IMG/VR virus record: IMGVR_UViG_3300036766_000194 | Coordinates: 1 to 64,000 of that record | DNA: 64,000 nt | Direction: 5' to 3' (one strand) | Shown: positions 15,166 to 24,825 of the stretch, piece by piece | Numbering within the stretch: the first letter of the stretch is position 1 | Layout: every line of letters starts with the position of its first letter | The notes under the pieces: generated by a model | What the model saw: the letters and a program-made list of their open reading frames with translations, nothing else | Databases searched by the model: none | Told to the model about the DNA's origin: nothing | Position numbers and translations under genes: made by a program

Positions 15166-17934
15166 ATGTCTACTTCGGACAAACTCGTTACAATTAAGAC
15201 GGAGCCACTTAGCTTCGTTAAGAATTTGTCCGTAGAATATTCCCCCAATATTGAAGATCATTTTCCGTTTCCTACCGTTCGTGAAGCTCAGCGTCGTGCT
15301 ATGTCTGCTATTGTTCGCGCTAAGGAAGAGGGAAAGAAGTTTGTAATCATAGAAGCCCCTACGGGTATAGGAAAATGTCTAGGCCGGGGCACCCTAGTTT
15401 TGATGTTTGATGGATCTTTGCGGGAAGTTGAGGGTCTTCAAATCGGGGATCAGTTGATGGGACCAGATTCTAAACCCAGAACTATTTTATCTTTGACGCA
15501 AGGCACAGGTGAAATGTTTGAGATTTCTTCCGACACCAAAAAGAAAACGTCTCATTTTGAGTCCTATGTAGTGAACGGAGACCATGTCCTGGCATTGAAA
15601 TATTCTGGAGAGATAAGTCAAGGGCAGAGTTCCGACCTAGATACGGTTTATCATAGAAAATTTGTGATTGGGGATCACTTAGAACTTTCAGTCAGTGATT
15701 ATATTCAAAAATGCAAATGGTTCAAGCATTGTGTGAAAGGTTACAAAGTGGGTGTAGAATTTCCTGAAAGTCCCCTTACCGTAGACCCCTATTTTCTTGG
15801 TCTTTGGTTGGGTGACGGCTCCAGTGATTCTTCCGAAATTACGACCGCCGATGAAGAGATTAAGAAATACATTTACGAGGTCGCGGCTCAGTATGGACTA
15901 GGCGTGACCGTTGACGATAGGAAAGACGAAAGTGACTGCCCTTCTTATCACATATCGCGGGGAAGAAACAACAAAGAAGAAAATGGTCTCCTGATACAAA
16001 TGCAAAATTTGAAGGTGATTAACAACAAACATATACCCATGAACTACCTCATAAATTCGCGCTCAAATCGCTTGAAATTACTAGCCGGGTTGGTGGATTC
16101 AGATGGCTATGTTTCGAGCGGAACTTACGAGATAGCCACTAAGTGGGCGCATTTAGCAAATCAAATTAGGTACCTAGCCCGCTCTTTGGGTTTTGCAGCA
16201 CAATTTGAGATGAAGTGGGTTAAAAATCAATCAGAAAAGCGATTTAAGTCTTATGTACTCACTTTTTACGGCACCGGGCTAGAGGAACTCCCCGTTTTGC
16301 TTCCCCGTAAAAAGTCTCAGTCTAGGAAACAAATCAAGGATGCACTACGTTCGGGTCTGAACGTAGTTTCAAAAGGACTTGGAGACTATTTCGGTTTTAC
16401 CTTAAATGGTGACGGACTGTTTCTTCTAGGTGACTTTACGGTCACTCATAATAGCGGTATCGCTATTGCTGCCGCTTCCTGGGCTAAGACCTGGAATGCT
16501 CCAGGTTATGAACCAGGTGCTTATATTCTCACCCCTCAAAAAATTCTTGCTCAACAGTATATGAATGATTTTGCAAACTTTGGTTTGCTTGAACTTCGTG
16601 GTAAGGCTAATTATCACTGCGACACTTTTGACACCGATTGCGACAGCGGCGCGTTGATGAACGATTCTACTGAGGGTGGAGACAACCGTACCACCTGCCC
16701 CAGTTGTCCCTATAAACTAGCAAAGAAGGCTTTCATCGCCAACTCTCTGGGCACTACCAATTTTGCCTACTATTTGAATGAAACTCAGTATGCTGGGCAA
16801 CTTCCTCGTCGCAATATGTTGGTTCTGGATGAAGGACACAATACCGAGAGTAACCTACTTAATTTTGCCGACACGGTTATTTCTAAGTGGCGCATGAAGG
16901 AAATCGGACTTGGCGCTCTTCCTGTTTTCAAACCGGGTGAAAATATTGCCTGCCGCGATTGGCTGTTTCATACCTTCATCCCCCAATGCCAGCAGTTTAT
17001 GTCGGAATTGGAAAATCAGGTTGACGAAGCCAAGTTTGAAGGTCGTAAGGAAGATGCTTTGAAGTTGGTTAAGAAACTGGATAATTACGATAAATATATC
17101 TGCCGTCTGAATCGTTTTATGAATTCTGACGATCTCTCCAATTGGCTCTGCTTCACTACTGAAGACGATGAGAAGCGGGACACCCAGGCTGAGATTCTTA
17201 TCAAGCCTCTCACTGCTACTCTTGTGGCTGATGAGATTCTCTTCCGTAAGGCTTCCATGATTGTAATCATGAGCGCGACCATTCTTGACATAGCGACTTT
17301 TATGCGCAGCCTGGGGATAAAGGATGAGGAAGCCGTTGTTCTTACCCTCCCCAGCGAATTCCCAGTTGAAAATCGTCCCATCTATTACAAGCCCGTGGGC
17401 AAAATGAATTGGAACGAACGTGAAGCTACCATGCCCAGAATGCTAAAGTTCATTGAGAAGATTATGGATAAATATGAAGGCAAAAAGGGCATCATTCATA
17501 CTCACAGCTATGCCTTTAACAAGGCTATTACCGCTTACCTGCGTAACACTAAACATGCTAATAGGATTATCACACATACAGGGATACCTGGGTCTCGTGA
17601 TGCCGCTGTTGCGGAGCATTTTGAGCGTCCTGATGCCACGGTTTTGATTTCGCCCAGTCTGAATGAGGGATTGGATCTTAAAGAAGATCTGGCGCGGTTT
17701 TGCATCTTGATCAAGGTACCGTTTGCCTTCTTAGATCCCTATACTAAGGCTAGAATGCGTCGCGATCCTGCTTGGTATACTCTTCAAGCATCGCTTACTA
17801 TGATTCAAGCTACGGGGAGAATTATTCGTACCAAGGATGACAAGGGTCATTGCTTTATCCTTGACGCCGACTTTTCCAGTTTCCTTAATAGGGCAAGGCT
17901 ACCAACGTGGTGGACGGATGCCCTTGTTTTTTAG
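15166..17934 (+). CDS. DinG/Rad3-like SF2 helicase with intein
   Basis: EAPTGIGK|SG Walker A split by an intein. DEGH, SAT, HTHSY, EGLD and QATGRIIR motifs. Cys cluster. Confidence 0.9.
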   Translation: MSTSDKLVTIKTEPLSFVKNLSVEYSPNIEDHFPFPTVREAQRRAMSAIVRAKEEGKKFVIIEAPTGIGKCLGRGTLVLMFDGSLREVEGLQIGDQLMGPDSKPRTILSLTQGTGEMFEISSDTKKKTSHFESYVVNGDHVLALKYSGEISQGQSSDLDTVYHRKFVIGDHLELSVSDYIQKCKWFKHCVKGYKVGVEFPESPLTVDPYFLGLWLGDGSSDSSEITTADEEIKKYIYEVAAQYGLGVTVDDRKDESDCPSYHISRGRNNKEENGLLIQMQNLKVINNKHIPMNYLINSRSNRLKLLAGLVDSDGYVSSGTYEIATKWAHLANQIRYLARSLGFAAQFEMKWVKNQSEKRFKSYVLTFYGTGLEELPVLLPRKKSQSRKQIKDALRSGLNVVSKGLGDYFGFTLNGDGLFLLGDFTVTHNSGIAIAAASWAKTWNAPGYEPGAYILTPQKILAQQYMNDFANFGLLELRGKANYHCDTFDTDCDSGALMNDSTEGGDNRTTCPSCPYKLAKKAFIANSLGTTNFAYYLNETQYAGQLPRRNMLVLDEGHNTESNLLNFADTVISKWRMKEIGLGALPVFKPGENIACRDWLFHTFIPQCQQFMSELENQVDEAKFEGRKEDALKLVKKLDNYDKYICRLNRFMNSDDLSNWLCFTTEDDEKRDTQAEILIKPLTATLVADEILFRKASMIVIMSATILDIATFMRSLGIKDEEAVVLTLPSEFPVENRPIYYKPVGKMNWNEREATMPRMLKFIEKIMDKYEGKKGIIHTHSYAFNKAITAYLRNTKHANRIITHTGIPGSRDAAVAEHFERPDATVLISPSLNEGLDLKEDLARFCILIKVPFAFLDPYTKARMRRDPAWYTLQASLTMIQATGRIIRTKDDKGHCFILDADFSSFLNRARLPTWWTDALVF
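15376..16452 (+). mobile_element. Class 1 intein with LAGLIDADG endonuclease (359 aa)
   Basis: C1 (CLGRGT), block B NGDH, LGLWLGDG and LAGLVDSDG, ends THN followed by Ser+1. Confidence 0.92.
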
Positions 17935-18047
17935 GACGACCAATTTGATGATTTACAGGCAGACCCAAGAATTCTGCTTCCACCCTCTTCAAACGCTTGA
18001 GATATTTCTCCGATTTTAGGTATTTATTAGGTGAGAGAACAAATAGT

Positions 18048-18350
18048 ATGAGAAAGAAGCGTCCAATCTATCCCCGTAAACCGGATATTGATATAGTGCT
18101 TCGTGCTCTCCGATCATTGGTGCCTATGGATACTCCGCTTGAAATGTCTTGGAGGAATTCTCATGCAGGTAATCCGAATTTACGTGTAAAATCGTTAACT
18201 AAAAATATTGAGTGGGTAGTGGATGTATATCCAAGGAACTATTTTTATGTTTGCGTAGATAGACACTTCACCCAGGCGTGTCATTCAATTCCTTCTCTGG
18301 TAGGTTACATTTGTAGAATGCTGGGAGTAGTACCGAACCACCAGAGGTGA
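18048..18350 (+). CDS. Hypothetical protein
   Basis: ATG after ggtgag RBS-like site. Confidence 0.6.
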   Translation: MRKKRPIYPRKPDIDIVLRALRSLVPMDTPLEMSWRNSHAGNPNLRVKSLTKNIEWVVDVYPRNYFYVCVDRHFTQACHSIPSLVGYICRMLGVVPNHQR

Positions 18351-18354
18351 CAAA

Positions 18355-18654
18355 ATGTGGGAAAATCTTCTCCTACTTTTACCGAAAAATTATCTTCCTT
18401 ACGAAGTGGAGTTCCACCGTTCAAGAAGTCTCCGTGTGTATAGACAAGTTGTTGACAATTTCTATGCCACGGGGTACCGTGATAAAGAAGCTGTGAAGAT
18501 GGCTTATGAAAAAATTCATTACAGTATGAATGTTCTACAAAGGACTGATCCAACTATTTGGAAGAAGATAAATGACACTCATAACAGTTTGATGAATTTA
18601 CGAGGGTCTGTATTTAAGGCGAATGTTGCCCATATGGTAGTATCTAGACCTTAG
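18355..18654 (+). CDS. Hypothetical protein
   Basis: Tightly packed ORF. Confidence 0.65.
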   Translation: MWENLLLLLPKNYLPYEVEFHRSRSLRVYRQVVDNFYATGYRDKEAVKMAYEKIHYSMNVLQRTDPTIWKKINDTHNSLMNLRGSVFKANVAHMVVSRP

Positions 18655-18663
18655 AGACCCTCT

Positions 18664-19359
18664 ATGCCCGTAGCCACGATAGAAACTGTTCAAGATCTGT
18701 ATAGAATCCTAACGCTAAAGCGTATTATTAGCCGTCGCGCTAATGATGAATTATTGAAAATTGCGGGTGATCGTGTTCTAAAAAGTGTGAACCCTACAGA
18801 TGAAGAAACTCTTCAATTTATGAACGAAGAAAAAGGGCTTCTTCGTAAATATGCTAATTATCCTACATTGACTGAATGGGAACAGATGCCCCACTTACGA
18901 ATAGGAAGCAAATGGGGGAGTACTTTTGGTGTGACGATTTTAGTTGGAGAACTAGTGTTAGAAATTGTCAAAGAAGTCCATTCAGAATTCCCTACCTCTG
19001 TTCTACAGAAGATGTTATTTGGTATTTTAGGAGAATTAGATTCTCCTTCTGCTACCTATTTGATTGAACCCTTTGAAAAGATGATCACAATTAATGTAGA
19101 ACGTGTTGATAATAGAGAGATGACTCCTGAAGAAAAAAGTCAATTTGTTACTCGTGTATTGACTCATATTTTAGAGAGCTTTATGCTTGTGTTAGAAAAG
19201 TATGGATTAGTTGAAATCGATGGTGGAGTGGCAGTAGTAACCACTCTAGGAAGACGAGTATTGATGCATCTTAGAGATGCTAAGGAATTTGTTGACATAT
19301 TGAGTAAGGCCCATTCTCGACTTCAGTCTTCAAAAACGGATCTTACACTAGAGAACTAG
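18664..19359 (+). CDS. Hypothetical protein
   Basis: 231-aa ORF, tightly packed. Confidence 0.75.
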   Translation: MPVATIETVQDLYRILTLKRIISRRANDELLKIAGDRVLKSVNPTDEETLQFMNEEKGLLRKYANYPTLTEWEQMPHLRIGSKWGSTFGVTILVGELVLEIVKEVHSEFPTSVLQKMLFGILGELDSPSATYLIEPFEKMITINVERVDNREMTPEEKSQFVTRVLTHILESFMLVLEKYGLVEIDGGVAVVTTLGRRVLMHLRDAKEFVDILSKAHSRLQSSKTDLTLEN

Positions 19360-19371
19360 TATTAACTCTGT

Positions 19372-20298
19372 ATGCTATTTACTGAGAGACCCTTAGCAGT
19401 GGTGTTTGATTGGGATAAAACATTAAGTAGTCATTATATGCAGAAGCCCATATTTCAAGAGTATGGAGTGGATGAGAAACAATTTTGGGTAACTAGTAAT
19501 TCTCAGGCTTATGCTAATTCCAGTTATCTGGGACTCCAATGCTTCATAGAACATGCGTATCTTAATTCTATCCTAGACCTTGTTCGTAACGGAACTCTAC
19601 CAGGATTAAACAATAAGAAATTAAGTGAACTGGGTAAGAAGATAGTAGTTTACCCTGGAGTTGAAGACTTATTTCATAGGCTGAAGACCCATGGAGTGGA
19701 AATTTATATTGTCACTTCGGGTATTCGTTCAATGCTTAAAGAAATACCTTTTGTTAAAGATTGTGTGACAGAAATTTTTGGCGCAGATTACACAGACTAT
19801 GTCTTTGACAAAGAAGGTAATATAATTCCCTGTGACACAATACAATCCTTAGTTAGAACTGTCATTCCTTCGGATAAAGTAAGAATTCTTAATGAGATAT
19901 CTAAAGGGTCCGTACAGGGGAAATTTGACGCCTGCGTATGGATACCAGAAAATGAACGTCGCATACCGTTTAAGCATATTATTTATGTAGGAGACGGAGT
20001 CAGTGATATATATGCTTTTGAGACGGTTCGTAGCGGAGGAGGTTATGCGGTGGGCGTCTACAGTCCCACAGATCCTCAGTTTGAACAAATTGAAACCATT
20101 CGTGAAGATGGCTTCCTAGACATTTTAGGGTTGGCTGATTTTGGTGTCAATTCTACAGTAGGTACTTGGATTATTAAAAAAGTAGAACAGCTTCAATTTT
20201 CTCTTCGTAAAGAAGAACAAACAGTCAAAGAGGATGAATTCACCCAAGTAAGAAAACATTCTCCTAAGATTATCCATTCTTGGGGAAAAACTAAGTAA
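19372..20298 (+). CDS. HAD-superfamily hydrolase
   Basis: FDWDKT motif I, VTSG motif II, YVGDGVSD motif IV. Confidence 0.85.
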   Translation: MLFTERPLAVVFDWDKTLSSHYMQKPIFQEYGVDEKQFWVTSNSQAYANSSYLGLQCFIEHAYLNSILDLVRNGTLPGLNNKKLSELGKKIVVYPGVEDLFHRLKTHGVEIYIVTSGIRSMLKEIPFVKDCVTEIFGADYTDYVFDKEGNIIPCDTIQSLVRTVIPSDKVRILNEISKGSVQGKFDACVWIPENERRIPFKHIIYVGDGVSDIYAFETVRSGGGYAVGVYSPTDPQFEQIETIREDGFLDILGLADFGVNSTVGTWIIKKVEQLQFSLRKEEQTVKEDEFTQVRKHSPKIIHSWGKTK

Positions 20299-20316
20299 TA
20301 TATCTTTGGAGGCTCT

Positions 20317-20586
20317 ATGAGTACATTTCTTATTCTAGGATTAGCAGGATTGCTGACGGCTTTGATCTACATTTTTCGTAATGCTGTTGTCGCTGAAGTA
20401 GAATTGAAGTTCAATCAGGCACATGCTTGGGCTGTTTCTCAAGAGGCTGCTGTTGAACACAAAGTTGTGAATGAGTTAGAACATATTTGGACCGTAACGA
20501 TCACTTCGGCAGGAGTTGTTACCAAGGGCATCGGTGCCACCCTTACCGCTGCTGTAGAGAATCTCAAGTCTAAACTGTATGAGTAA
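20317..20586 (+). CDS. Small protein with N-terminal membrane anchor
   Basis: Hydrophobic first 22 aa, RBS ggagg. Confidence 0.65.
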   Translation: MSTFLILGLAGLLTALIYIFRNAVVAEVELKFNQAHAWAVSQEAAVEHKVVNELEHIWTVTITSAGVVTKGIGATLTAAVENLKSKLYE

Positions 20587-21349
20587 ATTCAGAACTGGTG
20601 TTGCCGCTGCTCCCGAATTTCCGACGACACCAGTTCTGTTATCTAAGGCGCGTTTTCAACGTAATAACATATTGGTTGGTAACGATCCTGTTCAAACTCG
20701 TTTCGCTGAACAATTTTTCGGAGTCCCTTGTAAAGAAGTAGATGTTGTTAGAGATGAAGACATTCTAAAAGACACTCCTACTTTGTATCAAGTTCTTATT
20801 TCAAAATCCATAGAAATCTCACCAGAACTCCGTCTAAAGACAGGTATATGGAGTTTATCTCCTGTAGTAAAGGGGAGTGCCTCGGCCACAGCCGTTATAA
20901 AGTCTGCCATGGAAATTTTAGATGTAAAACTAGACAAAGAATCCGTAAATAGAGCCTGTGATATTCTTACTGAGGAAGAAATCGGTGACGTAAGAGCCGC
21001 ATTGTGGAATGCGGTTTGGGTGATAGCAGGAGAAATCCCCGCTCAACCTGAATTCTGGAAAGCTCCCTGGTCTAAAGGAAACTGGATGCCTAAAGGGGTA
21101 GACCCTAAGTACAGACTAAATGCTCTGTATAGGGAATTGGTGGGTTACGTTCTGGTTAGAGATAATGATGAACCAGCAGCTAGACGATTCGGGATATCTC
21201 CAGCAAAAATTAAGAAATTGAAAGCTCTAGCTCTAGACCTAGATAGAGTGTATAATTCTATTTCAGAACTTTCTAAATGGCGACAACTAAAGTATGACCC
21301 CTACCTTTGTGCTTTGAAAATTGCTAGAATCTGGAAAATACAGTATTAA
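20579..21349 (+). CDS. Hypothetical protein
   Basis: 256-aa ORF overlapping the upstream stop. Confidence 0.7.
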   Translation: MSKFRTGVAAAPEFPTTPVLLSKARFQRNNILVGNDPVQTRFAEQFFGVPCKEVDVVRDEDILKDTPTLYQVLISKSIEISPELRLKTGIWSLSPVVKGSASATAVIKSAMEILDVKLDKESVNRACDILTEEEIGDVRAALWNAVWVIAGEIPAQPEFWKAPWSKGNWMPKGVDPKYRLNALYRELVGYVLVRDNDEPAARRFGISPAKIKKLKALALDLDRVYNSISELSKWRQLKYDPYLCALKIARIWKIQY

Positions 21350-21391
21350 GAGTTTACTGGGCCAAATTTTTAAAAATCGAAAGGAAAATCA

Positions 21392-22141
21392 ATGAAATTT
21401 ATTAATTCAGTTATTGCTGTTCTCGCGCTAGTCCTCCTATCTGCAGGAGTAGCTTCCGCACAGAATGGTGTGTTTGCTCCTTATGTTAACGTTAATTTGT
21501 CTGTCACGGGAACCGGAGCGGCAATTGGTACTTCAAATCCTAACTATCGTATCGGTGGTGGTATTGAATCCAGCACCAAGCATTTGCTGTTCGATGCCAA
21601 TGGTCAGTTCGACTCAGCCAGTCTTACAACTCCATCTCTCATTTCTCTGGATGGTGGGGTGGTTAACAACCAAGGCGGTTACACAGGAACTTTCACAGCC
21701 TCGGCTTATTATAAGCTAGGTGGAGTAGTTCTTGTCGGAGCCGGAGTATCCTATTCAAATCAGGTGTTGACCGGACAGGCATTATTTGGTGAGTATGGGT
21801 TCAATCTTGGTCTCAATCGTAACCAGATTCGCCCATTTGTCGGAGTAGGATTGAACTTATCCCGCGATCGCATCATCGTCAATTATGTTCTGCCTGGTAA
21901 GGACCGTCTTAACACTGGGGGAGGAATCGTGGGAGAAGTCCTAGGGTCTAATGTTGTGACGGGTTTTAATGACCGCACAATTAACGTTCAGAACGAAATT
22001 ATTCTTGCTAAGAGTGGATTGTTCCATCATATCCGTTTAACGCAGAATGTTTCTGTTTCTACTTCTAATGTAGCGAGTGTATTTAAGTACATCCGTACAG
22101 AAGGTGTTACGGCTGGCGTTGGCGTCAAGTTCGTACTCTAA
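21392..22141 (+). CDS. Signal-peptide-bearing, outer-membrane beta-barrel-like protein
   Basis: MKFINS...GVASA signal peptide, alternating Gly/hydrophobic strands, C-terminal GVGVKFVL. Confidence 0.55.
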   Translation: MKFINSVIAVLALVLLSAGVASAQNGVFAPYVNVNLSVTGTGAAIGTSNPNYRIGGGIESSTKHLLFDANGQFDSASLTTPSLISLDGGVVNNQGGYTGTFTASAYYKLGGVVLVGAGVSYSNQVLTGQALFGEYGFNLGLNRNQIRPFVGVGLNLSRDRIIVNYVLPGKDRLNTGGGIVGEVLGSNVVTGFNDRTINVQNEIILAKSGLFHHIRLTQNVSVSTSNVASVFKYIRTEGVTAGVGVKFVL

Positions 22142-22154
22142 TTATTAACTCTAT

Positions 22155-22185
22155 AAAAGGCCAGGGAGAAATCCCTGGCCTTTTT
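22155..22185 (+). terminator. Rho-independent terminator (likely bidirectional)
   Basis: aaaaggccaggga-gaaa-tccctggccttttt. Confidence 0.9.
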
Positions 22186-22245
22186 GTTTTTCAAGTATTA
22201 ATAACCACATATACCCCGTAAAGGGGAACACTAGGAGATAACCGT

Positions 22246-23082
22246 ATGACTACATTTCAAGATGACGATGAGCTAGACGCGCTACCTGCAGCAAAAACGG
22301 AGGCTACAACCAAGACCACCACAACCCCTCCTACCACAGCAACTGCCACCACTGCCACTGCTACACCCCGCCCGGCTCCCGCTGCTATGGATGAGGACCT
22401 GGACGTTGATTTTGGTGATGAAAAGATTACTTCGTATTCAGATGGTCTGGAGAAAGTCAATCCTGAAAAAGGAAAGTCCATACGGTTTTCTCTGCTTACG
22501 GACATGCTTAAAGCTAAAGCAGCTTACACCCATTACGTTGAAAATGGGGAAAAGAAAGGTAGCTATCGCTGCCTTCGCCCAACCAAGGGAACTCTTTCTG
22601 AGCAGCCTATTTGCTGCACAAAGCTGGATGAGTCCTACCTGTACGTTGTAGCTCTTGTCCTTCTCTACACTAACGCCGATCAAAAAGGTGGTCTTCCTAC
22701 CGACAGCGCCAAGAATCCTATCGTGGAATGGAAGGTGGGTTTCGTAAAGCTGGGACGTGGAGTATTCCGCACTATCAGTGAACTTGTCAGTGAGGATGCT
22801 GAGGAATCTCAGGATAAGGTTCCTGTTGAGATGTTGGACATCAAGATGACGCGTCTCGCTAACAATAAGTTTGAAGTGAAGCGCGTTAACAAGAAGGCTA
22901 TCTGGCGTCGTAACCCTGAACTGGTGGCTGAAGTCACAGCTGCTCTTACTCCTTTCAAAGACGGCAAAAAGCTGGAGTCTAAGCTAGGCCGTAAGTTGGA
23001 CAATCTTGGTTATAAGGCTCTTTTTGCTTCTACCAGCGTTAAGGCCGAAGAAGCAGATTTGTCCGACGTTGATTCGCTGTAA
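22246..23082 (+). CDS. Putative single-stranded DNA-binding protein
   Basis: Acidic termini, Thr/Ala linker, HY...YRCL...CC core, located among recombination genes. Confidence 0.5.
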   Translation: MTTFQDDDELDALPAAKTEATTKTTTTPPTTATATTATATPRPAPAAMDEDLDVDFGDEKITSYSDGLEKVNPEKGKSIRFSLLTDMLKAKAAYTHYVENGEKKGSYRCLRPTKGTLSEQPICCTKLDESYLYVVALVLLYTNADQKGGLPTDSAKNPIVEWKVGFVKLGRGVFRTISELVSEDAEESQDKVPVEMLDIKMTRLANNKFEVKRVNKKAIWRRNPELVAEVTAALTPFKDGKKLESKLGRKLDNLGYKALFASTSVKAEEADLSDVDSL

Positions 23083-23102
23083 ACCTCTTACCGATAAAAG
23101 GG

Positions 23103-23131
23103 GAGCCGGAGATCGTTTAGATCTCCGGCTC
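23103..23131 (+). terminator. 12-bp intergenic hairpin
   Basis: gagccggagatc-gttta-gatctccggctc. Confidence 0.65.
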
Positions 23132-23141
23132 TAATTTTCTA

Positions 23142-23870
23142 ATGATACTACTCCTACTTGACTTTGAAACCACAGGGCTTGATCCTCACACGCACTCCAT
23201 CTGTGAAGTGGGTGTGGCATTGTGGGACACCGTTATACAGAGAATTATCCGTGTAGCTGATTACCTTGTTTATGAACCCAATGCTGTCTGGGAAGCGGCA
23301 GCAATGGAGAAAAATGGTCTTACTCCTGAATTGTGTGAAAAATATGGTATGCCCACGGATAAAGCCTTCCGCCAATTAATGACTTGGGCAAATAGTGCTG
23401 ATGTTTTTGTGGCCTATAATGGTAAAAGTTTCGATTTCCCAATGTGGGACGCTTGGGCCGAAAAACAGGGTTCTATAGTTCCCAATAGACTTCGTCTAGA
23501 CCCTATGGTAGATATTCAATGGCCGAAAGATTATAGATCACGAGAGTTATTCTATGTGGCGGCTAAACACGGAATTTTAAATCACTTCATACACACTGGT
23601 GCAGGAGACGTACTCACCATGGTTACTCTCCTTAGTAGACAACCCGACTTGGGGATGATCCTTGAATATGCTAAAATGCCCGATATTATTATTGAGGGAA
23701 GGTGCTCCATTGATGATCGTCAACGGGTTAAGTCAAACGGGTTCAATTGGCTTTTCCCTCCTGGGTTGTCTAAAACTAAAAAATGGATTAAAACCATAAA
23801 AGAGGGTATGTTGGATAAAGAAATTCAATTAGGAAAAGAAGTTGGTTATGAGGTAAGGAGACTGACCTAG
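23142..23870 (+). CDS. DEDDh 3'-5' exonuclease (Pol III epsilon-like)
   Basis: DFETTG, AYNGKSFD, HTGAGDV. Confidence 0.88.
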   Translation: MILLLLDFETTGLDPHTHSICEVGVALWDTVIQRIIRVADYLVYEPNAVWEAAAMEKNGLTPELCEKYGMPTDKAFRQLMTWANSADVFVAYNGKSFDFPMWDAWAEKQGSIVPNRLRLDPMVDIQWPKDYRSRELFYVAAKHGILNHFIHTGAGDVLTMVTLLSRQPDLGMILEYAKMPDIIIEGRCSIDDRQRVKSNGFNWLFPPGLSKTKKWIKTIKEGMLDKEIQLGKEVGYEVRRLT

Positions 23871-23964
23871 TTAGCGGGTAGATTTGTTTAACAAGTAGGT
23901 AGACGCCACACTTATCTACAAGACAGATTTTGGAAATGACTTCATGTTATAGAAATGGAAAGCC

Positions 23965-24825
23965 TTGATGCCAAAAGAAAAACGTTCATTGGTTGACATC
24001 CCTCTGAGGATCCCTGAGAAGCACGATGTGGATTCTTGGGTAGTCCTTGGTATAGATCCATCCTTGTCTCGTACGGGTCATGCTTTGCTTTTCGTAGAGA
24101 GTTTACAAAACTGGACGATTGCTAATTGGTCAGATGTGGGGTCTGCAAAACCAGAAGAAACTAAAGACCCGGTTTGGTTGCGCAGTAAACTGATTTCTAT
24201 GTATCTTTGTAGTCTCTTACATGATTTAATTGAACGGGAAGGCCATACCTGGAAAGGTAAGATTGGGTTGATTATCAGTATGGAGCAGCCAACTCCCTAT
24301 GATGATTTTCTTAACCGCATAAATGCCATAATCCACTGCGCTCTCCTGGAAGAAATCAGCAGCTTTCCTTCTGCTGTTACTGGGGGAATGCCTTTTGAAT
24401 TTGCTGAAGTACACATCCTACAGACGAATGCTTCTACTTTGCGTTCCCTGATGGGTCTGACCCAGAGGGGAAATAAGAATAAGATAGAAAACCAAATCAA
24501 GGCTCATGAATATTTGGACGATGCTAAGGCATTCCCTCAATTAGATACCGATGCCTGTGATGCGGTTCTTCTAGCTGTTATGGGTAGATTTGCGGCTTCA
24601 ATTCTGTTAGGGAAAGAAGCGGAAGTTCCTCAAAGATTCAAACAAACCTTATGTTCCTCCGAAGTAGTGGTAAAAGGAAAAGGACGAAATCAGCGGACCG
24701 AAATCAAGGGATTGTTTTGGAATAAACGGTATTTTAATACATACACTAAGAAGGATTTTGTAATCTTGTTGAAGAATGCTCGGTCACCAAAACTCAGACT
24801 TGACAGGAAAACATATACCATATGA
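23965..24825 (+). CDS. RuvC-like Holliday junction resolvase
   Basis: LGIDPSLSRTG, SMEQP, DACDAVLLA. Confidence 0.75.
   Translation: MMPKEKRSLVDIPLRIPEKHDVDSWVVLGIDPSLSRTGHALLFVESLQNWTIANWSDVGSAKPEETKDPVWLRSKLISMYLCSLLHDLIEREGHTWKGKIGLIISMEQPTPYDDFLNRINAIIHCALLEEISSFPSAVTGGMPFEFAEVHILQTNASTLRSLMGLTQRGNKNKIENQIKAHEYLDDAKAFPQLDTDACDAVLLAVMGRFAASILLGKEAEVPQRFKQTLCSSEVVVKGKGRNQRTEIKGLFWNKRYFNTYTKKDFVILLKNARSPKLRLDRKTYTI

Noticed and set aside
14934-15248. Minus-strand ORF between two plus-strand genes
   Set aside because: Overlaps the helicase start. A shorter hydrophobic version is possible but unsupported.
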